IMG/VR virus record: IMGVR_UViG_3300024261_001362
Location: 32,706-96,705 of that record
DNA length: 64,000 bases
Source: a virus
Reading direction: 5' to 3' (one strand)
Shown: piece by piece, positions 39,775 through 49,041 of the stretch
Position numbering within the stretch: position 1 is the stretch's first letter
How the letters are laid out: each line of letters opens with the position of its first letter
The notes under the pieces: model-generated
Database searches by the model: none
Told to the model about the DNA's origin: nothing
Seen by the model: the letters and a program-made list of their open reading frames with translations, nothing else
Translations under genes and position numbers: made by a program

Positions 39775-41037
39775 TTAAAATAATTCTTGTATAGGTGTTC
39801 GATGTTCGAGTAAATATTGTGGTCTACCAGTATTGTCAATAATTGTTTCCGTTGTTGGATCAATACCTATTGCTTTATACATTGTAGCACAAACTTCCTG
39901 AATATGCACGGGCCTATCTGCCGCTTCTTCTCCGTACCTATTAGTAGATCCGATTATCTGGCCGTGCCGCATTCCGCCACCAGCTATTAAAGCACAACTG
40001 ACTTGACTCCAGTGATCTCTACCTGCGTCTTTATTGATTTTAGGAGTACGACCAAACTCACCCCAAACAACTACTGTGACATCGTCCAGTATGCCATGTT
40101 GATTAAGATCTTCAACCAACGCTGAAACACCCTGATCTAATCTTGACCCATGATGACGCACCAAATCAAAGTTAGCACCATGACTATCCCATCGACCATA
40201 ATTTAATGTTATAGATCTGGCTCCAGCCTGTACTAATCTACGGGCTATTAAAAGTTTATGATTGTTTGTTGCGGCACCATCATATTGGTATTTATAAGGT
40301 TTTCCAGTGCCATATCTTTCAAGAGTCTTGGGATCTTCTTTTGATAAGTCTAAAGCATCTAATAATTTACTAGACATTAGAACATCAAAACTTTCTTCTG
40401 TTAATAATTTCATATCAATGCTAGATATGTCAACACCCCTGAGTAAATCCTGTCTCTTATTAAATCTGTTCTTAGAGATATTAAGTTTTAGATTTTTCAT
40501 CATCTGACCATTAGGTGTAAATGATTGATATGCCGTACCTAAATATCCGGGCTTCTCAAAATCATACCAAGGAGAATGAGATGTTTCTTCAAGCAGGGTA
40601 ACATTTGGTGGGACCGCGACAGAAACTGGTCCTAATACTTTGGCTGTGACAGACCCAATTGCCGGATAAGTCGATCCAGAGACTTTGTCTTCTCTGAGCC
40701 AACCAGTCGTACATTGGTATCCATCGTGTCTATTCTTACAACCAACAACAGACCGTATAGCTGTAAATTTATCAAACATCGAGGCAATCATTGGGAAGCA
40801 CTCACCAATTTGAATACCAGCAACATTGGTAGAAATAGGCTTAAATTCTCCACGTATCTCAGTTGGGGCATTGTGTTTGATGTCCCACATGTCTTGATGT
40901 GGAGGACCACCACCAAGAAAAATATTAATTACCGCTTTATGTTGGGTTGAATTACGTTCTTGGGCCTGAGCTAATTGAGATAGAGACAACATGCCAAGAC
41001 CACCAGCAACCAAAAAACCCCTCCGCATTAGATTCAT
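39775..41037 (-). CDS. DUF1501-family protein with twin-arginine signal
   Basis: MRRGFL Tat motif, FLGGGPPHQDMWDIK, ARRLVQAG, WDSH, GEFGRTPKIN..AGRDHW, AGGG. Confidence 0.9.
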   Translation of the reverse strand: MNLMRRGFLVAGGLGMLSLSQLAQAQERNSTQHKAVINIFLGGGPPHQDMWDIKHNAPTEIRGEFKPISTNVAGIQIGECFPMIASMFDKFTAIRSVVGCKNRHDGYQCTTGWLREDKVSGSTYPAIGSVTAKVLGPVSVAVPPNVTLLEETSHSPWYDFEKPGYLGTAYQSFTPNGQMMKNLKLNISKNRFNKRQDLLRGVDISSIDMKLLTEESFDVLMSSKLLDALDLSKEDPKTLERYGTGKPYKYQYDGAATNNHKLLIARRLVQAGARSITLNYGRWDSHGANFDLVRHHGSRLDQGVSALVEDLNQHGILDDVTVVVWGEFGRTPKINKDAGRDHWSQVSCALIAGGGMRHGQIIGSTNRYGEEAADRPVHIQEVCATMYKAIGIDPTTETIIDNTGRPQYLLEHRTPIQELF

Positions 41038-42098
41038 AACAGATCTCCAAAATCCATATCTTCTAAATCATTTTTACTCGCACCAATTTTATAGCTGGTA
41101 ATTTCATGTTCTTGTGGTGCAACCTGAACAGATTCACTTTTCATCCAAGGATCTGTCCAGCCAGCAACAGGATTCTTGCCAACCTTTTCAAATGGCAAAC
41201 CTATTGCCTTCCTTCTTGACATACACAACCAATCGATATATTGATGTAATACCACTTCGTTTAACCCAATGATTGACCCATCTTTAAATAAGTAAGATGC
41301 CCATTCTTTTTCTTCTTGGGCAGCTCTGTCAAACATTTCTATTGCGGCATCTTGACACTGTTCCGCCACTTTTACAAATCCCTCACTCTCTTCCTTATGA
41401 AGAATTTTGAGTATTTCTTGAGTATTAGACAGGTGTAGAGCCTCATCTCTTTTAATAAGCTTGATAATATCAGCATTACCAACCATCTTTTTATTTTCTG
41501 CGAAAGCAAATGAGCATATAAAACTTACATAAAATCTTACCGCCTCAAGAATATTAATACTTACAATAGTCATGTAGATTTGTTTTTTAAGATCGGCTGT
41601 TTTACTATCCGCCATACCCATAAGATTGTTATAATCCTCAATAGCACTGGAAGCTCTCTTCATAATTTCTTTGTCGCTATAAATACCATCAAATACTTCT
41701 GAAGAATCCGCATAAACATTCTGAATGATGTAAGAATAGCTTTTACTATGCAGGCTTTCGAACCATTGCCATGTCATTAAACAAGCTTCTAATTCAGTAT
41801 TAGAAACATATTCCAATAATGTAGGAACGCCACGACATATAACACTATCAAGCATAGTCTGATATTTAAGATTAGAAGTAAAAATAAACTTCTCATTATC
41901 AGACATCTCTTTGAAGTCAGATCGGTCTTTCTTCAGCTCCACCTCTTGTGGTCGCCAGAAAAACTCCATCATTTTACTATCGAGATTAGTAAATACTGGG
42001 TACTTAATAATATCAAATCTTTGTAGCCCTAAATCTTTACCTAAAAATAAAGGCTGACTCATAGCGTCTACATTTTTAGTATTAAAAATCGTTTTCAT
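41034..42098 (-). CDS. nrdB: ribonucleotide reductase class Ia beta subunit
   Basis: FFWRPQEV, QTMLDS, ESLHSKSY, EAVRFYVSF, RDEALH, VAPQE; start moved to MKTIFN at 42098. Confidence 0.93.
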   Translation of the reverse strand: MKTIFNTKNVDAMSQPLFLGKDLGLQRFDIIKYPVFTNLDSKMMEFFWRPQEVELKKDRSDFKEMSDNEKFIFTSNLKYQTMLDSVICRGVPTLLEYVSNTELEACLMTWQWFESLHSKSYSYIIQNVYADSSEVFDGIYSDKEIMKRASSAIEDYNNLMGMADSKTADLKKQIYMTIVSINILEAVRFYVSFICSFAFAENKKMVGNADIIKLIKRDEALHLSNTQEILKILHKEESEGFVKVAEQCQDAAIEMFDRAAQEEKEWASYLFKDGSIIGLNEVVLHQYIDWLCMSRRKAIGLPFEKVGKNPVAGWTDPWMKSESVQVAPQEHEITSYKIGASKNDLEDMDFGDLL

Positions 42099-42244
42099 TT
42101 GACCATCCTGAGTGTAATAACTATACCAGAAATAAAACCTAATACAAACACACCAATAACACAAAACCAAACCATAAAGTCTTCTAATGCTATTATTGGC
42201 TCTCTTAATATTTTAGGAGGCTTATACGGATCGTCAAATGGCAC
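42095..42244 (-). CDS. small single-TM protein with DPYKPP motif (49 aa)
   Basis: Not in the ORF track: GTG start, (M)PFDDPYKPPKILREPIIALEDFMVWFCVIGVFVLGFISGIVITLRMVK; stop overlaps the nrdB start (ATGA). Confidence 0.6.
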   Translation of the reverse strand: MPFDDPYKPPKILREPIIALEDFMVWFCVIGVFVLGFISGIVITLRMVK

Positions 42245-44462
42245 AAGCACCGCCTTCGCAGTTTAGATCTTCTTCAGTTTCACCATCTCCATCTGGAGTA
42301 TTGGCATAATAGAAGTTCTTCAGTCCATACTTATAGCCATAGATCTGATCTTTAATTAGAATACTCAGGGGAATGTTACCATCTTCATAATGAGCATAGT
42401 TGTAATAAAGATTTGTACTCATACTCATATCCACAAACTTTTGAATTACAGCAGCAGTATTAAGCATAGCCTCGTTATCCCGCATTTCCCAAGCTTTAGT
42501 ATAATAATTCTTACGACTATAATAATTTGGGACTAATTGTTTCAAGATACCATTCTTTGCCTTTTTGTATAATAAGAGACTTCTAACTGGCTCAATGCCA
42601 TTCGTACTATTCTGAATCACACTTGAAGACTCGCACGGCATAATAGCGGACAACGTCGAATGACGCAGCCCATATTCTCCTATTCTATTTCTCAGACCTT
42701 CCCAATCACAAGTATGCTCTGGTTTAACCAATTTGTCAACCGATTTTTTGTACCAATCAATTGGCAGAAGCCCTTTAGCATATTTAGTATCCTGAAACTT
42801 TTCACATGGTCCCAGCTTTTTAGCCAGTTTACATGATTCATTGATCAAATTCCATTGAATCTTTTCCATTGTCTCATGTATTAGTGCTAATGCTTCAGGA
42901 TCTCCATAGAACATTTTATTTTTTGCCAAAAATCCTGCGAGATTTGTGACACCAATACCAAGAGATCTTCTGTTCTTTGTAAAGTTTTCACCAGCTAATA
43001 CAGGATAATCTTGATAATCAATAACAGATTCAAGAGTATTGACCGCCACTTCGCAAGCTTTCTGAATATCTTCATCTGAATTTAGTTCAAGAAGATTAAG
43101 TGCAGACAAAATACAAATACCAATTTCACCTTCAGGGTCATTAATATCCTTGATAGGGTTTGTTGGATGAATAATCTCTTGACACAGATTTGACATCTTG
43201 ACAGGAATATCCCACGACCCATGCTCATTTGCTGTGTCTATATTCATAGAATAAATGCGACCAGTTTCAAGTCTTTCTCTAGCAAATATCTCACACAGTT
43301 TACGAGCAGAAATCTTTTTCTTAAACTTGATACTACGAGCATTCTCATATTTCTTGTATAGCTCTTCAAACTTTTCATTATCACCAAAGGCTTCATATAA
43401 ACCCTTAGTCTCATTCGGATTGAATAATGTAATGTCTTCATTTGCGACAAGACGTTCGTAGAATAGCTTACAGAATTGAATTGAATAATCCAACTTCCTC
43501 ACTCTATTATCGTCTGTGCCAGCATTATTCTTGAGAGCAAGAACATCTTCAATCTCATAATGCCAAAATGGTACGTGTACTGTGGCAGAACCTCCTCTGA
43601 GGCCGTTCTGGGATGTTGACTTAACAGCCGACTCAAAGTTCTTTAGGTATGGAATGATGCCCGTATGGATTACCTCACCACCTCTAATAGGGGCATTGAT
43701 AGGTCTAATACGTCCCATATTCAAACCAATACCTGCACGACGAGCCGTATACTTACCAACGGCATGCAGAGAGGAAAAGATGCTATCAAGATCATCATCC
43801 ACATCAACTAACACACAGGAAGCAAATTGTTTGATGGTAGTCCTGACACCAGCCATAATTGGTGTAGGCAGGTTGATCTTAAATGTAGAATAAATATCAT
43901 ATGCCTTCTTGACTTTATCTACTGTGTCAAACAAACACATAGCAATCAGCATATACGCAAATTGTGGAGTTTCAAAGATCTCGCCGGTAGATCTATTCTT
44001 AACAAGATACTTATCAATTAATTGCTGTAGACCAGCATAAGTAAATAAATCATCTCTTGAATGATTAATATAGGATTCAAACTTACTAATATCTTCTTTA
44101 GACCATTTCTCTAAAATGATGGAGTCATAAACACCATTATCAACTCTAACTGCAATAAACTGATGAAAATTAGGAGATTTTTTACCACTAGCCCAAACAT
44201 CTTTCCTGAGCTGCATATTTAATAAGCGGGCAGCAACATATTGATAGTTTGGAGCTGCTTCTGAAATCAAATCATTAGCAGACTTAATCAAAATTTGATG
44301 TATCTCTGAAGTAGGAATTTTATCATACAAAGATAGATTAGCATTCATTTCTACATCTGAAAATGATACTCCATTCAATCCTTCTGTAGCCCACTCTAAA
44401 ACCTGATGAATTTTTTCAACATCAAAACCTACGACATCCCCATTACGCTTAGTCACATTCAT
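42234..44462 (-). CDS. nrdA: ribonucleotide reductase class Ia alpha subunit
   Basis: ATP cone VTKRNG, PTPIM, SCVL, SNLCQEI, MPCESSS, YY and C-terminal CEGGACAI. Confidence 0.95.
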   Translation of the reverse strand: MNVTKRNGDVVGFDVEKIHQVLEWATEGLNGVSFSDVEMNANLSLYDKIPTSEIHQILIKSANDLISEAAPNYQYVAARLLNMQLRKDVWASGKKSPNFHQFIAVRVDNGVYDSIILEKWSKEDISKFESYINHSRDDLFTYAGLQQLIDKYLVKNRSTGEIFETPQFAYMLIAMCLFDTVDKVKKAYDIYSTFKINLPTPIMAGVRTTIKQFASCVLVDVDDDLDSIFSSLHAVGKYTARRAGIGLNMGRIRPINAPIRGGEVIHTGIIPYLKNFESAVKSTSQNGLRGGSATVHVPFWHYEIEDVLALKNNAGTDDNRVRKLDYSIQFCKLFYERLVANEDITLFNPNETKGLYEAFGDNEKFEELYKKYENARSIKFKKKISARKLCEIFARERLETGRIYSMNIDTANEHGSWDIPVKMSNLCQEIIHPTNPIKDINDPEGEIGICILSALNLLELNSDEDIQKACEVAVNTLESVIDYQDYPVLAGENFTKNRRSLGIGVTNLAGFLAKNKMFYGDPEALALIHETMEKIQWNLINESCKLAKKLGPCEKFQDTKYAKGLLPIDWYKKSVDKLVKPEHTCDWEGLRNRIGEYGLRHSTLSAIMPCESSSVIQNSTNGIEPVRSLLLYKKAKNGILKQLVPNYYSRKNYYTKAWEMRDNEAMLNTAAVIQKFVDMSMSTNLYYNYAHYEDGNIPLSILIKDQIYGYKYGLKNFYYANTPDGDGETEEDLNCEGGACAI

Positions 44463-44489
44463 TCTATATCATCCCCAAAATCAAAAGAC

Positions 44490-44520
44490 AAAAATAGCCA
44501 CCTATAAAAAGCGTGGCTAT
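44490..44520 (-). terminator. intrinsic terminator
   Basis: ATAGCCAC-loop-GTGGCTAT followed by a T run. Confidence 0.7.
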
Positions 44521-44528
44521 AAATTCAA

Positions 44529-44798
44529 CTATCTAACAATTTTTACTTGTACATTCTTACCAACATTCACATAAATAACATCTTTACCATCTTCTTTGGT
44601 AAATTCCAACATATCAATTACTTCTCTCGCTTTATCAATATGCTCTTGCTCAAGGTTAACCTTCTTTAGTGCTTTTTTAATTAGTGCATCAGTAATATCA
44701 ATATCAAATAGTCCACTGTATTTATCACTTTCGTTACCACTAATCACCACCTCTTCTTCCATAACTCCACTTACGGCAACCATTTTAAAATCACTCAT
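44529..44798 (-). CDS. hypothetical protein
   Basis: Coupled ORF, last gene before the terminator. Confidence 0.55.
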   Translation of the reverse strand: MSDFKMVAVSGVMEEEVVISGNESDKYSGLFDIDITDALIKKALKKVNLEQEHIDKAREVIDMLEFTKEDGKDVIYVNVGKNVQVKIVR

Positions 44799-45295
44799 TG
44801 ATTAAAACTCCAAGATATAGCGTTTAAAACATCTACTAAACTATCTCTTTTCTCTTGTGTAAGATCTTCATTTTCCTTACCAAGAGTCGCAATAATAATT
44901 TCGTCTACTGATTCACCAAGATTAGCATACTTATCTTTCAAGTCAAGCCCAGTAAAGTTTAATTGTCCTGCAATTGAATTAAAATTTTTAAATTGCTCAG
45001 TTGTTTTGATTAGTCCCGGTTCCGTCTTGACAACATCTGCTAATGTTAAAAAATAATCCCTGAGTTGGTTCTTATCTGATTTGTTAATATCAAGTGATAC
45101 TAATCTCTCTACCAGTGTTTTATTTGTCAAGGATGGTTCGACAATTTCTGGTGTAGTATCAACTGGTGTAATTTCTTTACCTTGTAACACTTTAGCGATA
45201 GGTTTACCAGCAATAGAAATAAAAACCAAAACAATAACAAAAATAATTTGATATGTTTTATTATTTAGAATTTCTAACACTTTACTGTTCGACAT
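44795..45295 (-). CDS. N-terminally membrane-anchored protein
   Basis: YQIIFVIVLVFISIAG TM segment; GGAGG RBS. Confidence 0.65.
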   Translation of the reverse strand: MSNSKVLEILNNKTYQIIFVIVLVFISIAGKPIAKVLQGKEITPVDTTPEIVEPSLTNKTLVERLVSLDINKSDKNQLRDYFLTLADVVKTEPGLIKTTEQFKNFNSIAGQLNFTGLDLKDKYANLGESVDEIIIATLGKENEDLTQEKRDSLVDVLNAISWSFNQ

Positions 45296-45629
45296 GGTCA
45301 CCTCCATTGAGATTAATCAATAATGGAAAAATTGTATCAACTTTATCTACAGCCTCATCAAGTCCAGCTTTAACGCATTCTCTTTTAAATGATGACCAAG
45401 CACAAACAATTCTAACAATATCCTCATTCGGTTCTGCATGGGGAACCATAATTTGAATCGAATTATTACCTTTTGGTCTCAAAACAGGAACTGTAATCAA
45501 TTTGTCTATATCAACTGTATCTTTTTTTGTTTTCTTTTTTTCTTCATTAATAAACATAGTAATCAAAACAATAGCAGCTACACCAAGTAAAACCAATTGC
45601 CAAGCATCTAAACCTAATTGATCTATCAT
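45282..45629 (-). CDS. N-terminally membrane-anchored protein
   Basis: WQLVLLGVAAIVLITMFI followed by a basic stretch. Confidence 0.65.
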   Translation of the reverse strand: MIDQLGLDAWQLVLLGVAAIVLITMFINEEKKKTKKDTVDIDKLITVPVLRPKGNNSIQIMVPHAEPNEDIVRIVCAWSSFKRECVKAGLDEAVDKVDTIFPLLINLNGGDHVEQ

Positions 45630-46054
45630 TGCTTATCTCCTATAAATAATCCATGATTTTTGTAAATACCAAGTATATTTTCTATATCTTCTGCATTCAT
45701 TTTATGGGATTGGTCTGTTATTGATTCATATAGATCTTTTTTTATTTTATTTTTCGAGGGCATAGAACCGTGGGCCTGATAACGTGCGAAATTTTTTCTA
45801 ATTTCTCTTTTAATGAAGAACCTCTGAAAGAGGCCCGGTTTTTGTATAGAGTATAAAGCTCTGTCTGCATTATTACTATAGCATACATATATTAGTCTTA
45901 TAACGCTAATTATGCAGTTACAAATTGTAACAATAGTTATAATATCGAAAAAATAACTATCTTTAGTATGCATCTTATCGACCACTTCGTCAGCAATTTT
46001 TCTTACATCAGGATGTAAATTATCTAAATTATCCCGTGTTACATACCTACTCAT
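45626..46054 (-). CDS. hypothetical protein with one hydrophobic segment
   Basis: FFDIITIVTICNCIISVIRLIYVC. Confidence 0.6.
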   Translation of the reverse strand: MSRYVTRDNLDNLHPDVRKIADEVVDKMHTKDSYFFDIITIVTICNCIISVIRLIYVCYSNNADRALYSIQKPGLFQRFFIKREIRKNFARYQAHGSMPSKNKIKKDLYESITDQSHKMNAEDIENILGIYKNHGLFIGDKQ

Positions 46055-46745
46055 TTGTTTTGTCCTTTATAGTTCTCATTAAATTACTTTTACTCATCGA
46101 TCCTGTATAGTGAACCAATTTGTTAGTGCTATCTTTTTTAATAAGAATCGTTTGTGGCAATGTTCTGACTTTGTATTTGTTAAATAATTTTCTATGCTCC
46201 GGGGTGTTCCAATCAAGCATAGTAAGTTTGATCTTACGTTCTTTAAGTAATTGATATACATCCTTATGTTTTTTCTCATTCCAAATATCTTTCTTCATTC
46301 TTTGACAGGGACCGCACCAAGTGGCTCCAAAATAATACAAATTATACTCAGGTTCTTCCTTCTTTTCAACTGTATTAGCTATCAGTTGAATCTTTCCATC
46401 AACCTTGGTGGTTGGGATAGTACAAGCTTCCCCACTACGACATTGACAATTATCCCCACAATTACCAGTACAAGTATCTTTCGTACATCCAGTTTCTTCA
46501 TTCTTTGCATGATATGGACATTTACTTTCATGTCCATCACCCTGCACAATGATACCAGTACCTTTACAAATACACTTGTCTACATCTGGATGTGGACCTT
46601 CTGGTTGAGGTGTAGGCTTTGGTGTATTATCTACACCATTAGATATTAAAACCTTTGCAATATCTACAGATATTTTAGGTCTGTAATTATCTTCTGCACC
46701 TAATAGCATAACAATCATTGTCGTAGCGATTAACCCAAACTTCAT
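46047..46745 (-). CDS. exported thioredoxin-domain protein with Cys-rich region
   Basis: Signal-like N-terminus; CICKGTG...CPYH; CTKDTCTGNCGDNCQC; FGATWCGPC...LP thioredoxin fold. Confidence 0.8.
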   Translation of the reverse strand: MKFGLIATTMIVMLLGAEDNYRPKISVDIAKVLISNGVDNTPKPTPQPEGPHPDVDKCICKGTGIIVQGDGHESKCPYHAKNEETGCTKDTCTGNCGDNCQCRSGEACTIPTTKVDGKIQLIANTVEKKEEPEYNLYYFGATWCGPCQRMKKDIWNEKKHKDVYQLLKERKIKLTMLDWNTPEHRKLFNKYKVRTLPQTILIKKDSTNKLVHYTGSMSKSNLMRTIKDKTNE

Positions 46746-46754
46746 TTCTTTCTC

Positions 46755-47684
46755 CTATAGAAAATCTACCGTACCATAATTTGGTAATTGCCTAGCTGGG
46801 AAACCATCAACATCACTAAAAACCCAAGAACCACGACTAGCCAACATAGCTCGTGCATCGCTTTCACGAATCCAAAAACTACCATCTGGTTGTTCGTGTT
46901 TCTTAGGACCAGAGTTCCATCGTCCCCAGCTATTTTGCACTAGAAACAATGTTTCTCTATGTACTTTTTGAGTGTCGTCGCAAGCAATCCAAGCCATAGC
47001 ATGACTCCATCCTTTACCACGTTTAGCAATTCCGTTCACATCTCTTCTTGAGCTAAAACCATAACCACTACAAACAGATATACCATAACCATTAGCTAAA
47101 GCATCTCGTGCTTCTTCTATTGTGGTAATCATAGATATAGTTTTGACTCTATGCTTATTTGCTTCATCGACATATATCTCCATTGGAATTAAATGATTTG
47201 CACCAATTTTAGAATTATATACAGATAAATCTATTGATCCATAATCTTTTCTCAAGAGAATACCACCTTTTTGATTAGCGTACCTCGCAGCAACTGAACA
47301 GGACATTCCCTGTCTCTTGTGTCCGCGAGATTGATATATGCCTTCTGTAGCACTTCTTGTTAAGAAACTTTCTGGTTCTTTTTTTACGTCAATCTCAACA
47401 GCTCGTGTGAGATCAATTGCATTTCTTGTAGAATGAGAAACACAATCACCAGTAGTCTGACGCTCCGATGGGCCAAAACCTTTATCAAATTTCAACAAAG
47501 ATTTATAAGGTAGTGAGAGCTTCCCTTCTCCACTACCATATAAACTATATGCTGCTGCACCAAATAAAGGGTTTTTTAATTCACCTAAAAGATCAGCAAT
47601 ATCTTCATCGTTACATATTGTTCCAACGAATCCGTCCTGATAGGTTTTTAGGATTTTGCGTGGAGTAGTAAAATCCTCAGTCAT
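46755..47684 (-). CDS. papain-family (C1) cysteine peptidase
   Basis: QTTGDCVS (oxyanion Q, catalytic C), HAM (H), VQNSWG (N), GSFWI. Confidence 0.85.
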   Translation of the reverse strand: MTEDFTTPRKILKTYQDGFVGTICNDEDIADLLGELKNPLFGAAAYSLYGSGEGKLSLPYKSLLKFDKGFGPSERQTTGDCVSHSTRNAIDLTRAVEIDVKKEPESFLTRSATEGIYQSRGHKRQGMSCSVAARYANQKGGILLRKDYGSIDLSVYNSKIGANHLIPMEIYVDEANKHRVKTISMITTIEEARDALANGYGISVCSGYGFSSRRDVNGIAKRGKGWSHAMAWIACDDTQKVHRETLFLVQNSWGRWNSGPKKHEQPDGSFWIRESDARAMLASRGSWVFSDVDGFPARQLPNYGTVDFL

Positions 47685-47685
47685 A

Positions 47686-47892
47686 CTACTTCGTATTATC
47701 TCTAATCCAAGTGATTATTGACTGGAGGCCGACAGTTACCACGGGAACTACCAGTGGACCCAAAGCACCAAGATCGATATTAATCAAACTCTCGGACACA
47801 AAGGCTAATCCAGCAGCGGCACCCACAAGTAAACCCGTCTTCAATACTGATACAATTTCAGCACCATTTAACTTAAAACTTTCAGAACCCAT
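47686..47892 (-). CDS. holin-like two-TM protein
   Basis: 68 aa, two hydrophobic helices, charged C-terminus, 1 nt upstream of the peptidase. Confidence 0.55.
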   Translation of the reverse strand: MGSESFKLNGAEIVSVLKTGLLVGAAAGLAFVSESLINIDLGALGPLVVPVVTVGLQSIITWIRDNTK

Positions 47893-47905
47893 AATTAAAA
47901 CCTTT

Positions 47906-48205
47906 CTAATCTAATAAAAGAACAACCTTGTCACTCAGTGACTTTAAATCTTCTCTAGCTTGTTCATGACCTTCCATAAGTCCTTCTAATCTTCCTACTT
48001 TCTCACTCATTGAGACCGTCCACATGTCACGTTCAACATGTCTATCTTCACACTCTTTTAATTTTTTGCAAACTCTTGTTTCAGTATTAACCATTTGTCG
48101 ATGCATAGATCTCCATAACACAGTTACGGCAGCGGCCAATCCACCAACAATTGGAGTACATAGCTTTAAAATAAATTCAATATTTAATTGTAAATCTGAA
48201 GACAT
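47906..48205 (-). CDS. single-TM coiled-coil protein (holin/antiholin-like)
   Basis: IVGGLAAAVTVLW TM then coiled coil; GGAG RBS before ATG 48205. Confidence 0.5.
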   Translation of the reverse strand: MSSDLQLNIEFILKLCTPIVGGLAAAVTVLWRSMHRQMVNTETRVCKKLKECEDRHVERDMWTVSMSEKVGRLEGLMEGHEQAREDLKSLSDKVVLLLD

Positions 48206-48241
48206 ATAAACTCCAGTAAATAAATATAAGTCTACTACAAT

Positions 48242-48271
48242 AAAAAGCCCCACCCCGGTAGGGGTGAGGCT
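48242..48271 (-). terminator. intrinsic terminator
   Basis: AGCCTCACCCC-TACC-GGGGTGGGGCT-TTTT. Confidence 0.85.
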
Positions 48272-48297
48272 GCTTAATCCTTTAAGCCATAAGAATC

Positions 48298-48948
48298 TTA
48301 CGATTCAAATGCATCTTTAGCTTTATATTCATCAGTTGTAGGTGCTGCCAGACCACCAAAGTGGTATGTAAGTTCACCCGGAACAGATCTGGTTGGAGTA
48401 GCGGCATTATCAGTAGCGACCCCGCTTGCTGCTAACCCGTCGTGGTAGGTTTGAGCAGTACCAGCACCAGCACCCTTAGTGTAGTTAGGTGTAATATCAG
48501 TGCTTGGTGTAGCATAAATATCAAATGTGCCATTACCAGTACCAAGACGACGGGTAGTAAGCAATTCATGAACACCATCACGAACAACACCCTTCCAGTT
48601 GGCTGCTGTCGTGTCGAGTGCGGTAGTAGCAACATTAGACAATGTGCTTGTAACTCCCCCACCTCTCATCACCCATTGTGATGCAGTAGCATTGTATGCT
48701 AATGTACCACCAGATAAAGCTTTAGCAACACCAACTCTATCAGTTGTTGCGGCACCCGTACCATCATTAGCTACTACTTTAGCACCCACATCTCTTAAAT
48801 CATCAACAGTACCAACAATTGTTACTGCATTACTAATTGGACCTGTAGTCGTGTCAGCATTACCAGCCTGAAAGATAGAACCACCATCTTTAACTTCACC
48901 AGTACCAACTGCGACATCACCAGCACCCGAAGGTCTTACTGTGGCCAT
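48298..48948 (-). CDS. Gly/Ala/Thr-rich protein, probably a virion structural protein
   Basis: Composition, AAGGAGA RBS, own candidate promoter and terminator. Confidence 0.5.
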   Translation of the reverse strand: MATVRPSGAGDVAVGTGEVKDGGSIFQAGNADTTTGPISNAVTIVGTVDDLRDVGAKVVANDGTGAATTDRVGVAKALSGGTLAYNATASQWVMRGGGVTSTLSNVATTALDTTAANWKGVVRDGVHELLTTRRLGTGNGTFDIYATPSTDITPNYTKGAGAGTAQTYHDGLAASGVATDNAATPTRSVPGELTYHFGGLAAPTTDEYKAKDAFES

Positions 48949-49032
48949 TTTGCGTCTCCTTCATAAAATAAAACAAAATAAACAAATAAACAAAGTCCAG
49001 ATCCGCAAAAAAAAAGTCCAATAGTCCAATCT

Positions 49033-49041
49033 ATTATACAC
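49033..49041 (-). promoter_or_regulatory. GTGTATAAT putative phage promoter overlapping the sigma-factor stop codon
   Basis: Identical to the motifs at 27904 and 52520. Confidence 0.55.

Noticed and set aside
32620-44462. Inteins or introns in dnaB, recA, nrdA or nrdB
   Set aside because: Lengths and motif spacing are normal
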